In this document: piece by piece, positions 62,498 through 64,000 of the stretch
How positions within the stretch are numbered: the first letter of the stretch is position 1
How the letters are laid out: every line of letters starts with the position of its first letter
Source of the DNA: Pristiophorus japonicus
Taxonomy: Eukaryota
Length of the DNA: 64,000 nucleotides
Direction of reading: 5' to 3'
Assembly (NCBI RefSeq): GCF_044704955.1
Contig: NC_091987.1
Span: forward strand, 219,728,001-219,792,000
The notes under the pieces: generated by a model
Seen by the model: the letters and a program-made list of their open reading frames with translations, nothing else
What the model was told of the DNA's origin: nothing
The model's database searches: none
Made by a program: the position numbers and the translations under genes

Positions 62498-63901
62498 GGG
62501 GTAAAAATTCAGCTGCCAAGGGATATAGATAGACTGAGTGAGTGGGCAGTGAGGTGACAGATGGAGGATAACGTGGGGAAATGTCAGGTTAGTCACTTTG
62601 TTCGGAGAAATAGAAAAACAGAATCTTTTTTAAATGGTGAAAAACTTTTAAATATCGGTGTTCAGAGGGATGTGGGTGTCCCTTGGGCAAGAAATGCAGA
62701 AAGCAAGTGTGCAGGTACAGCGAGGGGGTTGGATAAGGAATAAGGAAGTCCTGCTCCAATTGTACAAGGACCACGCCTGGAGTACTGTGCACAGTTTGAT
62801 CTCCTGATCTAAGGAAGGATATACTTGCCTTGGAGGCTGTACAACGGAGGTTCACTAGATTGATTCCTTGGGTGAGAGGGCTGTCTTATGAGGAGAGAGT
62901 GTAGAATGGGCCGATACTCTCTGGAGTTTAGAAGAATGAGAGGTGATCTCATTGAAACATACAAGATTCTGAGGGGGATTGCCAGAGTAGATGCAGGGAG
63001 GATGTTTCCCCCGGGCTGGGGACTCTAGAATCAGGGGGCACAGTCTTAGGATAAGGGGTCAACCATTTAGGACTGAGATGAGGAGGAATTTCTTCACTCA
63101 GAGGGTTGTGAATCTTTGGAATTCTCTGCCCCAGAGGGCTGTGGATGCTGAGTCATTCAGTATATTCAAGGCTGAGATCGATAGATTTTTGGAGTTTAGG
63201 GGAATCGAGGGATAAGAGGATTGGGCAGGAAAGTGGATTTGAGGTAGAAGATCAGCCATGATCTTATTGAATGACGGAGCAGGCTCGAGGGGCCATATGG
63301 GCTACTCCTGTTCCTAATTCTTATGTTCTTATGTTTAGCGCCATCCATTAGCACCAGAGAGGGGCACTAAGGTGTTGCTAAGCCCCTCCTGCCCGAGCAT
63401 TAGTGAAGGTTTAGCGGCGGTGCTGACAGATTGCGCTGCGCTCGCTAGCCCCGCCCGCTGGGTGACGTCACCGTGTGTGCCACGCCCCCTGTAGTTCCGC
63501 CTGCCGGCGCTAAGACCGGCTGGGGAAAGCTGTCGGTACAGCAGCGATCCCGGCGGGGGTGATTTCGTCCAAAGTACAAGGCAAGGGCTGAAATTTAAGT
63601 TTTTAAACTATTATTTATTTGTTGCAGTAGTGGGGCAGTGTGGGTGAAGTTCATTGAAATTTTCACCAAGATTTTATTTTCACCCTTCGGTGCTAGGATG
63701 CCGGCACCCTCATGCCAAAACATTGAGCCGGCCTCCTGCGCTATCGCTCCGTTAGAGCCTGAGGAGGATTGTGGACCACTTCCCTTAGCATTCGACTCTC
63801 CTCTTGGGCCAAACAACTGAATATCGCACTTTGAGGCAGTAGACATCGCCTGGCGCTAAAGGTATCGCCACCTCAATGTGGGCGGTACCGAATTTCGACC
63901 C
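62498..63901. mobile_element. Probable old MITE (Harbinger-like termini) interrupted by CR1
   Basis: Imperfect TIRs GGGTAAAAATTC / GAATTTCGACCC; CpG-rich body at 63335-63900. Confidence 0.45.
62515..63334 (+). mobile_element. CR1 3' fragment
   Basis: Peptide RRNFFTQRVVNLWNSLP and TTCTTATG tail. Confidence 0.92.
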
Positions 63902-64000
63902 TGGATCTGTGGAGGAGCGAAGGGATTTAGGGGTCCAGGTAGATACCACACTAGAGCTGGCGCAGGTACAGAAAGCAATCAAAGACACAACGAGCTGTAA

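Noticed and set aside
1-64000. tRNA, rRNA or snRNA genes and prokaryotic defence systems
   Set aside because: None recognised; the tRNA-like segments are SINE heads.

Overview
This is eukaryotic genomic DNA, most likely from a cartilaginous fish (inferred from the CR1, RTE, Tx1 and SacSINE1/DeuSINE-like repeats), not a prokaryotic window. It holds two convergent spliced genes. (1) The last six coding exons of BUD13 (+, 3088-23758), identified by DSDLSPPR repeats and the conserved C-terminus ...[25 protein letters not shown]...AYKWSVEDM*. (2) A minus-strand gene (ATG 52547, stop near 27154 or 25781) that the ORF track shows only as fragments. Its exons join in frame into a ~395-aa SAXO/FAM154-like protein with an N-terminal CLCELCDCG-H motif and about 8 Mn-like repeats. 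The introns are filled with nested CR1 LINEs, RTE and Tx1 fragments, MITEs, SINEs and long GC-rich minisatellites, several of which appear to have been amplified from within retroelements. The very long ORFs in the track are minisatellite artefacts. All family assignments are from recall and reading by eye; no searches were run, and repeat boundaries are approximate unless a TSD or TIR is quoted.
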